42,545 bases of DNA from Nanohaloarchaea archaeon B1-Br10_U2g21 (lineage in GTDB: Archaea > Nanohalarchaeota > Nanosalinia > Nanosalinales > Nanosalinaceae): positions 1-42,545 of the forward strand of contig LKMP01000007.1 in assembly GCA_001563915.1 (NCBI GenBank), read 5' to 3'. The position numbers and the translations under genes are program-made. This document shows, one piece after another, positions 27,997-37,182 of the stretch. The number at the start of each line of letters is the position of its first letter. Position 1 is the stretch's first letter. The notes under the pieces are model-generated. The model ran no database searches, was not told where the DNA came from, and worked only from the letters and a program-made list of their open reading frames with translations.

Positions 27997-29151
27997 ATGC
28001 TAGATGGTGTAGATCTCGAAGGCAAGAAAGTTCTTCTCCGTACTGACCTGAATCTTCCTATGAGAGACGGAGAACCTCAGAAGTCTCTAAGATTTAAACG
28101 CTATGTAGAAACTATTGAAGAACTTTCTGAGAAAGGCGCTAGAACTATGATATTGAGCCATCAAGGAAGGCCGGGTAGAAAAGATTTCGTGTCTCTACGA
28201 GCTCATCGAGAACTAATTGAAGAAGAAACGGGTCTAGAAATTAATTTCTTACAGGCGTTTATGGGAGAAAAACTTGGCGAAAGACTTGATGCTCTAGATA
28301 ATGGAGGAGTGGTGCTGATGGAAAATGTGAGGCTTTTGTCAGAGGAGCTGAAAAACTTCTCTCCTGAAAAACATGGTAAAGATCTCTATGTTCGAGAAAT
28401 GGCTAAAAAATTCGACTTATATATTAATGATGCTTTTTCAGTAGCTCATAGGAGCCAGGCATCAGTAGTAGGCTTCCCACAACATCTTGAATCCTTTAAG
28501 GGTCCTGTAATGAAGGAAGAAATAGAAAATTGCTCAAAAATAAGAGAAGAGTTCGACAATGGTGTGCTGGTATTAGGAGGAGAAAAACCTTCGGATCTGG
28601 TAGGGATAATTCAGGCAAACATAGGTTCAGTTGAAAAAATATTGCTTGGAGGTATTCCTGGGGAGCTAGGCCTAATAATCAAAGGCTATGGTCTTGGCAA
28701 AAAGGAAAAATGGATAAGAGAACGCGATCTTGATAGTGCAGAAGAAGAGTTTAGAGATTTACTTGAACAATGGCCTGGGAAGATTGAGACTCCTGTCGAC
28801 TTAGCCACAGAAGAGGGAAATCAGAAGGTAAATGAAGTACAGGGTATGACGTGGGATATAGGGGAGGAAACAGCTGATAAGTACGCAGAAATAATCTCGG
28901 GTTCTGACGCAGTCTTAATGAAAGGTCCAATGGGTGCTTTCGAGAAGCATGCAGAAGGTACAGAAAAAATACTCGATGCTATATCGAAAAACAATGGGTT
29001 AACTGTGCTTGGCGGAGGACATACGTCATCGCTTGTTAAAGAGTTCGGATATTCTCTAGATGACTTCAGCCATGTGTCTATAGCTGGTGGGGCCTTTGTC
29101 AAATATGTATCCGGACAAAATCTGCCAGGCCTTGAAGCTATTGATAATTGA
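27997..29151 (+). CDS. pgk: Phosphoglycerate kinase
   Basis: R.DLNLP, SHQGRPG, ENVR, NDAFSVAHRSQAS, GPMG.FE, GGGH, HVSIAGGA. Confidence 0.96.
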   Translation: MLDGVDLEGKKVLLRTDLNLPMRDGEPQKSLRFKRYVETIEELSEKGARTMILSHQGRPGRKDFVSLRAHRELIEEETGLEINFLQAFMGEKLGERLDALDNGGVVLMENVRLLSEELKNFSPEKHGKDLYVREMAKKFDLYINDAFSVAHRSQASVVGFPQHLESFKGPVMKEEIENCSKIREEFDNGVLVLGGEKPSDLVGIIQANIGSVEKILLGGIPGELGLIIKGYGLGKKEKWIRERDLDSAEEEFRDLLEQWPGKIETPVDLATEEGNQKVNEVQGMTWDIGEETADKYAEIISGSDAVLMKGPMGAFEKHAEGTEKILDAISKNNGLTVLGGGHTSSLVKEFGYSLDDFSHVSIAGGAFVKYVSGQNLPGLEAIDN

Positions 29152-29312
29152 TTTTTAGAATTTAAATCTGGATTAGCTGCTGAGCTAAGGGAGAAACTGG
29201 GTCTTAGAACTTGTTTATAGCGGCTTTAGTTTGCTATTGCTAAGAGAACAAAAGAAAACTGGAGAGATATTAAACGTGGATCAGGAATAGGGTTTCAGAA
29301 AATTACTTAATT

Positions 29313-29384
29313 ATGCGAGGTTATAGAGATAGTATGTTTGCTGGTGGCTGTTTTTGGGAACAGTATTTTCGAGTCTGTGATTAG
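29313..29384 (+). pseudogene. Possible msrA N-terminal relic
   Basis: Manual translation MRGYRDSMFAGGCFWEQYFRVCD* contains the MsrA active-site motif FAGGCFW inside a roughly 450-bp non-coding gap. Confidence 0.45.
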
Positions 29385-29660
29385 CGTCAGCAATAATAGG
29401 TTAGTTCTAAGTCGCAAAATTCTGTTTGTTCAGAGGCATCTGCAAATTTCTTCAGTTGCAAAATCTTCTTGGTAGGAAATATTGCAGAGTTTTTCAAAGT
29501 GTTTTCTAGAGTAGTTGGAGAATTAGGTAGAAACAGCAGTTATAATGTTGTAATAAAGACTCTAAACTTCTAAAACTTATTTAAATCTTTTTTAACAATC
29601 TAAAAATGCGTGATATGATGACAGAAGAATCAAAAGATGATTATTTAGCAGAAGCTCTAA

Positions 29661-30053
29661 ATGGTGGATGCTTTTGGAGATCAAAATCTTGAAGAAATTA
29701 TACGAGAGGAGTTGGATGAAAGGGATGAATGCAGATGCATAGATTTCTCAGCATCTGGAGAAGGTATTATGCTTGAAGTAAATTCCTTAGATGACAATTT
29801 CTATGCAGAATTATTTGAATCACTTTTCAATCCTGTTAGTGGAAGCATAACAGATATCCCTGACCATTTCGATTTTATTCTCAAGAAGAGAATACGGTTC
29901 TCGGCAGGATGGGGTACAGAGTATTCAGAAACCTATTCATCAGAGTTGACTGGCAAAGAAATACAGGAAATAAAGAGAAAATCGGTTGAAGACTCTTACG
30001 CAGAAGGATACTCATCTGAGAGATTCCGAGAACTCTATGAGGGGATGCGGTAA
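29661..30053 (+). CDS. Hypothetical acidic protein (5' end possibly frameshifted)
   Basis: 130-aa ORF; an overlapping short upstream ORF starts at 29606 in another frame. Confidence 0.6.
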   Translation: MVDAFGDQNLEEIIREELDERDECRCIDFSASGEGIMLEVNSLDDNFYAELFESLFNPVSGSITDIPDHFDFILKKRIRFSAGWGTEYSETYSSELTGKEIQEIKRKSVEDSYAEGYSSERFRELYEGMR

Positions 30054-30126
30054 ACGTGAGCCGATTCGACTACGGAAGAGGATTAAAACTTCCGGGTTCT
30101 TTTTTATTTTATACAGGTGACTAAAT

Positions 30127-31215
30127 ATGCCGGAAATAGACCCATGGGGGGATGTAGAAGTAGGAGACTATAGTCAGAAAATGCAAGATTTTGGAATAGA
30201 TCCTATAGAAGACGTAGAAAACAAAATGCCTGACAACTATTTAATCAGGAGAGGCATAATATTTGGTCACAGAGGGCTAGATAAATTCCTTGAAGCAAAG
30301 GAAAAAGGGAAAGACGTGGCGATGATGACAGGAATAATGCCTTCAGGAGTGTTCCATTTTGGTCACAAAAGTGTCGTAGACCAAATTTTGATGTACCAAG
30401 AGATGGATGCACAGATAACGATTACTGCAGCGGATATAGAAGCCTATAACACAAGGGATATCTCGCTGGAAAAAAGTAGGGAGCTTGTAATCGAAGAATA
30501 TCTAAAAAACTATGTTGCACTAGGCCTAGACCTAGATAAAACAGATTTCTATTTCCAGAGTGAAGGCGGTAATAACTACCATCTCAGGAGCAAGCAGTTC
30601 GCCAAACACCTTACACAGAATGAGGTGGAGGCAACTTATGGAAGCGCTGCACCCGGTAAAATTACGTCAGCACTTACACAGTACTCAGATATTTTGAGGC
30701 CTCAATTTAAGGAAAATGGGGGTCCAAAACCTGTAGTGGTGCCTGTAGGAGTTGATCAGGATCCGCATATCCGTTTGACTCGTGAAGTTGCTAGGAAGTA
30801 CAGGGATGCAGATTACTACAAGCCTGCGAGCACGTACCACAAATTTATGAGAGGTCTTCAAGGTGGAAAAATGTCGAGCAGTGATGAAAAAAGCTATATT
30901 GCGCTAACAGACAGTCCTGAAGATGCATTAATGAAAATTGATCAGGCTAAAACTGGTGGACGCGATACTTTGAAAGAGCACAGAGAAAAAGGTGCGAAGA
31001 TTGAAGAAGACATGGTTTTCGAACTGTTGACATTTCATCTTATTAGAGACGATAATGAACTAAAACAAATTAGAGAAGAATACGCTTCAGGAGAAATGCT
31101 ATCGGGAGAGTTAAAGCAGATAGCTAAGGAAAAACTGAGCGAATTCCTTGTGGAGCATCAAGAGAAAAGGAAAGAAGCTGGACCGATAGTAAAACAGTAT
31201 CTAAAAGAACGATAG
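30127..31215 (+). CDS. trpS: Tryptophan--tRNA ligase
   Basis: IDPWG, RRGIIFGHR, HIGH-like HFGH, VPVGVDQDPHIRLTR, KMSSS. Confidence 0.96.
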   Translation: MPEIDPWGDVEVGDYSQKMQDFGIDPIEDVENKMPDNYLIRRGIIFGHRGLDKFLEAKEKGKDVAMMTGIMPSGVFHFGHKSVVDQILMYQEMDAQITITAADIEAYNTRDISLEKSRELVIEEYLKNYVALGLDLDKTDFYFQSEGGNNYHLRSKQFAKHLTQNEVEATYGSAAPGKITSALTQYSDILRPQFKENGGPKPVVVPVGVDQDPHIRLTREVARKYRDADYYKPASTYHKFMRGLQGGKMSSSDEKSYIALTDSPEDALMKIDQAKTGGRDTLKEHREKGAKIEEDMVFELLTFHLIRDDNELKQIREEYASGEMLSGELKQIAKEKLSEFLVEHQEKRKEAGPIVKQYLKER

Positions 31216-31246
31216 ATTTAACACCGCGTCCTAGAAACTCATTTAC

Positions 31247-31966
31247 ATGCTCCCAGAACTGATTCTGTATGAGGAAGAACAGACAAATATGCTCCTATTA
31301 TTTGTGGCAGGCATGGTAGCAGGTATAGCAGGGTTCTTATTCGCTAACCAGTTCTTTCCATCTCAGAGGGCAATTTTAGCTCCGGTTTTCGCATCAATAC
31401 CTTTGATATATCCCTTAATGGCGTACTACCTAGAAAACGAAGAAAAACCAGATTTCATAGATGAAACAATGGTTTATGGTTCTATGTTTGCGGGACAGGC
31501 GTCAGCATTTTTGCTTATCGCATTAGTGATTCCTGACACGTTTTCATTGCAAATGGAAATAATAGGGCTATCAGGGCACGCAGTGGCATCAGAAGTAACT
31601 TTTATGTCAGTTTTTATGAATAATATAATGGTTTTTGGGGCTATACTGTTGGCAGCTTTCTTTTTAGGTTCTGCGGGAGCATTTATATTAACGTGGAATG
31701 CATCTGTTCTAGGAGTATTCTTTGCACATTTGCTTAGAGATTTATCAGGTTTTGAAATTCTGTACTCGACAGGATCGCCTCTTGCATATGTGCCTCACGC
31801 GTCTCTTGAAATGACAGGGTTCATGATTGCGGGTATACTAGGAACGACTGCTTCAGCCTCGATCTGTAGAAAACACTGGGAGTTTGAACACTGGAAACAA
31901 CTCATCTTACTAGGAATAATAGGAGTTATAGCTATAATTTTAGGCGCTGTTATCGAAACTTTCTGA
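31247..31966 (+). CDS. SpoIIM-like membrane protein
   Basis: F.NN..V, ILTWNASVLG, PHA.LE..GF. Confidence 0.8.
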   Translation: MLPELILYEEEQTNMLLLFVAGMVAGIAGFLFANQFFPSQRAILAPVFASIPLIYPLMAYYLENEEKPDFIDETMVYGSMFAGQASAFLLIALVIPDTFSLQMEIIGLSGHAVASEVTFMSVFMNNIMVFGAILLAAFFLGSAGAFILTWNASVLGVFFAHLLRDLSGFEILYSTGSPLAYVPHASLEMTGFMIAGILGTTASASICRKHWEFEHWKQLILLGIIGVIAIILGAVIETF

Positions 31967-32620
31967 AACATCAACGTAATCATCTGTAATATCTACTTTG
32001 TATTTATGGGTTGAGTAACTCAAGCCTTTCATTTTGAGTACATCAAAAACTTGTTCATTCTCTACTTTTTGAAGTCTGAAAACTCCATCTACTACAAATT
32101 CTGCGATCTCATAACGAGAAGGTTGTCCATTTAGAGAAAAAGGTACTTCTCCCAGCATTAATGTGGAACATTGTTTGGACTTCAATATATCTGTTATTCC
32201 TCCTAATTTCTCTCTCTGAACTGGCTCTGCATCAAAAATCATTAAAAACTTGGTTATTGTGTCTATAACGACTCTATCAGGCTCAAACTCGTTGAGATTT
32301 CTTCTTAAAGCTTCAGTAACTTTTTCAGGTTCGAATATGGTTCCTCCGCTGCCGGGCCTCATCAAGTCATTTGATATCTGAAACTTTACGTTCTCTGATT
32401 CAGGGTTATGACCTCTTCTTTCTGCCTCTTGTTTTAATTGCTTTTCAGAACTTCTCAGCGAAATATATAGGCAGTTATCTCCATTTTCTACTCCTTTAAA
32501 CAAATAGTCCATGGCAAAAGCGTTCTTACCTGTGCCCGGTGTGCCTCCGAGAAGAAGAACAAAGCCTTCAGGAATATCTACTATATTTTCAAGGCCTTTA
32601 ATTCCTGATTTGAGAGTCAT
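31940..32620 (-). CDS. Single-domain KaiC/RAD55-family ATPase
   Basis: SGI.GL, Walker A GTPGTGK, RVVIDT, EFVVDGV, VLKMKG. Confidence 0.85.
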   Translation of the reverse strand: MTLKSGIKGLENIVDIPEGFVLLLGGTPGTGKNAFAMDYLFKGVENGDNCLYISLRSSEKQLKQEAERRGHNPESENVKFQISNDLMRPGSGGTIFEPEKVTEALRRNLNEFEPDRVVIDTITKFLMIFDAEPVQREKLGGITDILKSKQCSTLMLGEVPFSLNGQPSRYEIAEFVVDGVFRLQKVENEQVFDVLKMKGLSYSTHKYKVDITDDYVDVSESFDNSA

Positions 32621-32698
32621 GTTTGAAGGTTAGAATTAGTGGATTATAAAGTCGGCGACTCGGATCGATATAAAAAAATCCGCTGCCAATTGCGGAAT

Positions 32699-34078
32699 GT
32701 GAAACTGTCACAGCAGGCCAAAAAAGTGTTTGAAGTACTAAAAGAGGAGAAGAGAGCAAGATTTGAAGAAATAGAAAGCCATGGATTTGACCAAAGCATG
32801 GTGGCGCGTGCTGCAAAAGAACTTGAAGAAAAAGGATTGGCTCAACTGGAAGAAGAGGAGGAAGTGGCTTACAAACTTTCAAAGAAAGGACGTCAAGTTG
32901 TGAGAGAGGGGAGTCCTGAATATCGTTTAGTAGAAATACTTGGAGAGGGGCCGAAAAAGTTTTCTGAGATAAAAATTCCTGCGGATGTTGCAGTAGGGAA
33001 AGCTAAACAAAATGGATGGATAGAAATAGATGATGGTGAAATAAGTCTTACTGGGGAGGGCGAGCTTGTTGAACAAGATAAAGTAGCGAAACAGCTTAAA
33101 GAAAAAGATTTCGGAGAAGATCACGTAGCAAGAGGGCTTGTAGAGAGATTAACCGAAGTTACACGTAGTTTAGAACTAACTAAAAAAGGAGAACAGGTCA
33201 AAATCAGTAATGTCGAGGAAGAGTTTAATGTAGAGGCAGAAGCCTCGCTTCCACAGACAGGTAGAAAGCATTTTTACAAAGAGGTAGTTGATTACGCTAG
33301 ACAACAATGGCTCGAAATGGGATTCAAAGAAATGAAAGGCCCATTCATCGTATCAAGTTTCCTGAACTTTGATGCACTTTATACTCCTCAAGATCATCCC
33401 GCAAGAGAACTTCACGACACTTTTTTCATCAGAAATCCTGAGAGAGATGATTTAGAGAGATTTGGGGGAAAGGTAGACTATGTCAAGAAAACTCATGAAG
33501 ATGGATGGAAAACAGGGAGTAAAGGATATGGGTATGAATGGGATAGAAAAGAGGCGGAGAAAAATGTGCTTAGAACACACACTACATCTGTATCTGCTCA
33601 GAAGCTCCATGAAATAGATATTGAAAATGAAGATCTTCCTGTAAAATACTTTACGGTCTCCAGAAACTTCAGAAATGAGACTGTTGACAAGTCACACCTT
33701 GCGGAATTCCTACAGACGGACGGAATTGTGGTAGGTGAAAATTTGAATTTCAAAAATTTGAAGGCCTATATTTCCATGTTCTTCGATAAAATGGGGTTAA
33801 GATACCGTATCATTCCTTCATACTATCCATACACTGAGATGTCTGTAGAAGTTCAGGTCTATGATGATGAGCTAGATGAGTGGCTAGGTCTCGGAGGCGC
33901 GGGAATGTTCCGTCCTGAAGTGGTAAAACCATTACTTGGGAAAGAGGTAACAGTTCTTGCATGGGGGCTTGGAATAGGTAGAATAGCTGCAAAAGCTGCG
34001 GGAATTGAAGATATTAGAGAACTCTATCAAAATGATATTGAAATACTTGAGAAAACACCTATATGGAGGCCAGAGTAA
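32699..34078 (+). CDS. pheS: Phenylalanine--tRNA ligase alpha subunit
   Basis: NFDALYTPQDHPARELHDTF, LRTHTT, FRNE.VD.SHL.EF.Q, YYPYTE.S, G.FRPEV, AWGLG; likely start GTG 32699. Confidence 0.96.
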   Translation: MKLSQQAKKVFEVLKEEKRARFEEIESHGFDQSMVARAAKELEEKGLAQLEEEEEVAYKLSKKGRQVVREGSPEYRLVEILGEGPKKFSEIKIPADVAVGKAKQNGWIEIDDGEISLTGEGELVEQDKVAKQLKEKDFGEDHVARGLVERLTEVTRSLELTKKGEQVKISNVEEEFNVEAEASLPQTGRKHFYKEVVDYARQQWLEMGFKEMKGPFIVSSFLNFDALYTPQDHPARELHDTFFIRNPERDDLERFGGKVDYVKKTHEDGWKTGSKGYGYEWDRKEAEKNVLRTHTTSVSAQKLHEIDIENEDLPVKYFTVSRNFRNETVDKSHLAEFLQTDGIVVGENLNFKNLKAYISMFFDKMGLRYRIIPSYYPYTEMSVEVQVYDDELDEWLGLGGAGMFRPEVVKPLLGKEVTVLAWGLGIGRIAAKAAGIEDIRELYQNDIEILEKTPIWRPE

Positions 34079-34081
34079 GAA

Positions 34082-35710
34082 ATGCCAAACATTGAGATAA
34101 ATAGAAAAGAATTTGAACAACTACTAGGAAAAAAAGTTGATGATTCGGCTTTAAACGAAAGGGCATCTTACTTAGGAGCTCATTGGAACCATGTTGAGGA
34201 AGAAAAGTGGGATGTGGAATTATATCCAAATAGGCCTGACTTACTTAGCGTAGAAGGGTTAGCGCGAGCATATAGATCATTTTTTGATGTAGAAACTGGC
34301 TTAAAAGAGTATAAAACAGAAGAAGGCTCTTTGAAATTAAATGTAGATGAATCTGTAGCAGATGTAAGACCTTATGTGGGCGGGGCAGTTGTAAAAAATC
34401 TTGAGATTAGTGAGAGGACTATTAATGGTTTAATTCAACTACAGGAAAAAATGCATCAGACAATGGGCCGTAGAAGAGATAAGTTGGCAATAGGTCTTCA
34501 TGATTTATCTCAAGTTAAGCCTCCATTTACTTATAGAGCTGTAGAACCTGAAAAAGTTTCCTTTACGCCTTTAGAGCATGATAAAGACATGCATCTTGGA
34601 GAAATTGTGGAGGAGCATGATAAAGGTCAGGAATATGCGTGGATACTAGATGGCGAAGAATTATACCCTATAATAGAGGATTCGAAAGGAAAGGTCCTGA
34701 GTTTTCCGCCAATAATCAACAATCAATTGACTGAAGTTACAGATAAAACTACAGATATATTTATAGACGTAACAGGCAAAGATCCTAAAACTGTGAGGAA
34801 AGCCTTAAACATACTTACCATGGCGCTAGCGGAAAGAGACGGAGATATTGAAACGGTTGACGTAGCAGGCAAAACTATGCCTGATTTATCTCATTCTGAG
34901 AGAGTAGTTGATCTCGAATACTTGAACTCTGTTTCAGGTCTAGATCTTGATTCAGAAGGCGCGATTGAATTATTAGAAAGAATGGGGTATGGGGCTAAAG
35001 CAATAGATCAAAGTATTGAGGTACAAGTCCCATGTTACCGTACCGATATTATGCATAGTTATGATTTGATTGAAGATGTAGTAATTGCGTATGGATATGA
35101 TGAAATAGAGTCTGAAATACCGGAATTAGATCAGATCGCTGGTGAAAAAGAAATAGAAAAATTTTCGAAAATAGTTAGAGAAACCTTAGTTGGGACAGGA
35201 GCACTAGAAACACATACGTTTATACTATCAAGCAAGAAAAAGCTGTTTGGTATGATGGAGACTCAGAAAAAGCCTCACGCAGCCATGAGTAATGCATTAA
35301 CAGAAGACTATGAAGTTGTTAGAAATTGGATGCTGCCAAGCTTGATGGAGGCTCTAAGAGAGAACCGTCAAAGACCTTATCCGCAAGCATTCTTTGAAGC
35401 AGGAGATGTTGTCAGTATGCCTTCTGCAGAAAATAAAAAGAAGCTCTGCTATGTGAAGGCTGGAGAAGTAGACTATACTGATGCTCGTGAAGTACTACAG
35501 GCCTTAGAAAACACGTTAGGCATTAAACTAGATCTAGTTGAGGAAGAAAAAAGCTTTGCAAAGCCTAAGAGATCTGCTCAAATTCAGAAAGAAGGGGAGG
35601 ACTTAGGATTTATAGCCGAATTAAGCAGCAATGTAACAGATAATTGGGGTATAGAACCTAGAGTTTCTGGATTCGAGATTGATCTTGAGAAACTCTCTCA
35701 ATATTATTAG
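34082..35710 (+). CDS. pheT: Phenylalanine--tRNA ligase beta subunit
   Basis: PNRPDLLS.EG.AR, QEK.H...GR.R..AIG.HD, LSFPPIIN, YR.DI.H..D.IED. Confidence 0.96.
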   Translation: MPNIEINRKEFEQLLGKKVDDSALNERASYLGAHWNHVEEEKWDVELYPNRPDLLSVEGLARAYRSFFDVETGLKEYKTEEGSLKLNVDESVADVRPYVGGAVVKNLEISERTINGLIQLQEKMHQTMGRRRDKLAIGLHDLSQVKPPFTYRAVEPEKVSFTPLEHDKDMHLGEIVEEHDKGQEYAWILDGEELYPIIEDSKGKVLSFPPIINNQLTEVTDKTTDIFIDVTGKDPKTVRKALNILTMALAERDGDIETVDVAGKTMPDLSHSERVVDLEYLNSVSGLDLDSEGAIELLERMGYGAKAIDQSIEVQVPCYRTDIMHSYDLIEDVVIAYGYDEIESEIPELDQIAGEKEIEKFSKIVRETLVGTGALETHTFILSSKKKLFGMMETQKKPHAAMSNALTEDYEVVRNWMLPSLMEALRENRQRPYPQAFFEAGDVVSMPSAENKKKLCYVKAGEVDYTDAREVLQALENTLGIKLDLVEEEKSFAKPKRSAQIQKEGEDLGFIAELSSNVTDNWGIEPRVSGFEIDLEKLSQYY

Positions 35711-35730
35711 ATAGTTTAAGAGAAGAAAAC

Positions 35731-35830
35731 GAGGGGAGATGATGAACCCTGCGGGACACGGTAAACGTCAATTTGACGTTTTGTAGAAGATTTTTTATCT
35801 TCGCCGGGATTTTTGAGTGCTGATACCCTC
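35731..35830 (+). ncRNA. Atypical box C/D guide sRNA, predicted tRNA-Leu(CAA) Cm34 guide
   Basis: Terminal stem GAGGG/CCCTC; C box ATGATGA 35739-45; D box CTGA 35820-23; two internal hairpins; two segments antisense to the tRNA-Leu(CAA) at 21466-21548. Confidence 0.8.
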
Positions 35831-36058
35831 TTATTCTTCTCCAATTTCTACTTCTTCCTGTGCTAATTCGGATTCATGAGGGATTATTAGCCATGCAAGA
35901 ATGTATACGACTAGAAAAGTACCGCTTGTGAATAAAGTCAATAATATTACTGCGATTCGAACAAGAGAGGGATCTAAGTCATATACTTCAGAGATTCCTC
36001 CACATACGCCGGCAATCATTTTGTCACTTTCAGAGCGGTAAAGTCTATTGTTAGTCAT
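35831..36058 (-). CDS. pspC: PspC domain protein
   Basis: RLYRS..DKMIAGVCGGI.E...DP.LVR, YILAWLIIP. Confidence 0.92.
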   Translation of the reverse strand: MTNNRLYRSESDKMIAGVCGGISEVYDLDPSLVRIAVILLTLFTSGTFLVVYILAWLIIPHESELAQEEVEIGEE

Positions 36059-36105
36059 AAGAAAAAAATGAAGGATGAAATTTAAGCATTTAACCCCTTA
36101 GTCAG

Positions 36106-36594
36106 TTACCTGACTTGGGACTCATGTGCTTGTTCAAATGTATGAACTTCATCTTCATCAAACCAGATACTTATCTCTCTTTCAGCTTCATCTACTTCAG
36201 CGGAAGCATGGATAACATTTTTGTGTAGAGTATCTGAAGAGTCCGCATGATCAAATGACATGTGTGCGAAACGACCTCTAATAGTTGATGGACTTGCTTC
36301 TTTAGGATCGGTGCTTCCAACAAGCTTCCTCCCGTTCTCAACAGCGTTTACTCCTTCTAGTACCATTGCAACGACAGGGCCTGAACTCATGAACTCTTCA
36401 AGACCTTCATAAAAGTCTTTATCAACGTGTTCGGCATAATGTTCTTCAAGAATTTCGCTGTCTGCCCATACCATTTTCATGCCGCAGATTTTGAATCCTG
36501 CTTCCTCAAAAATATCAATGATTTTACCTGTTATACCTCTTTTAACTGTGTCTGGCTTTAAAGCCACGAAAGTTCGTTCAATGTGTTCAGACAT
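36106..36594 (-). CDS. ndk: Nucleoside diphosphate kinase
   Basis: ERTFV.LKPD, HY.EH..K.FY, SGPVVAMV.EG, TIRG, N.IHAS. Confidence 0.96.
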   Translation of the reverse strand: MSEHIERTFVALKPDTVKRGITGKIIDIFEEAGFKICGMKMVWADSEILEEHYAEHVDKDFYEGLEEFMSSGPVVAMVLEGVNAVENGRKLVGSTDPKEASPSTIRGRFAHMSFDHADSSDTLHKNVIHASAEVDEAEREISIWFDEDEVHTFEQAHESQVR

Positions 36595-36643
36595 TTTCAA
36601 TTATTCACCTTATAATTAGACTACGAAGGCTCAAACTTTTAAC

Positions 36644-37129
36644 CTACTCGTCTACTTCAAATCTGAAAGTATCTTCACAGCCGAGTAGATTGATTTCCTC
36701 CATTTCGTACCATTCTTCTCCTGTTCTGTTATCGTGTTCAGCGTCTTCTAACCAGTCCATGTCTTCCAGTTCTTTGTCCTCGCAGATACGGTATGCTTGC
36801 AACATTAACTCTGCTTCAGCGACACGATAGTAGTCTTCAGAACCTTCTTCTGGAGATTCCCAGTCATCAAAGTTGTGGACTTCGTGGAAAGCTCTTTCAA
36901 TACCTAGACAGACTCCTAAATCAAGCCCTACACAGTCATAATAAACTTCTACAGGTCCAACATTTACATCCTCTCCAGAAGTCATAACGTTATTTGCTGC
37001 AGCCATTCCCATGATTAAAATAATACATACTCCTAGGTAGAACAAGTTTTCTTGTAGACCTGACTCGAATTCGGGTCTTTGAAGTTTAAAGTCCATATAA
37101 TGGATTGGAGACATAACGTTGAAATACAT
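36644..37129 (-). CDS. Hypothetical membrane-anchored acidic protein (true start may be 37096)
   Basis: One TM segment followed by an acidic domain with 4 Cys. Confidence 0.7.
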   Translation of the reverse strand: MYFNVMSPIHYMDFKLQRPEFESGLQENLFYLGVCIILIMGMAAANNVMTSGEDVNVGPVEVYYDCVGLDLGVCLGIERAFHEVHNFDDWESPEEGSEDYYRVAEAELMLQAYRICEDKELEDMDWLEDAEHDNRTGEEWYEMEEINLLGCEDTFRFEVDE

Positions 37130-37182
37130 TAGGTCTGTCCACAGCCGAGATATTATATTTTAGAAATCCTGAGAATTAATTA

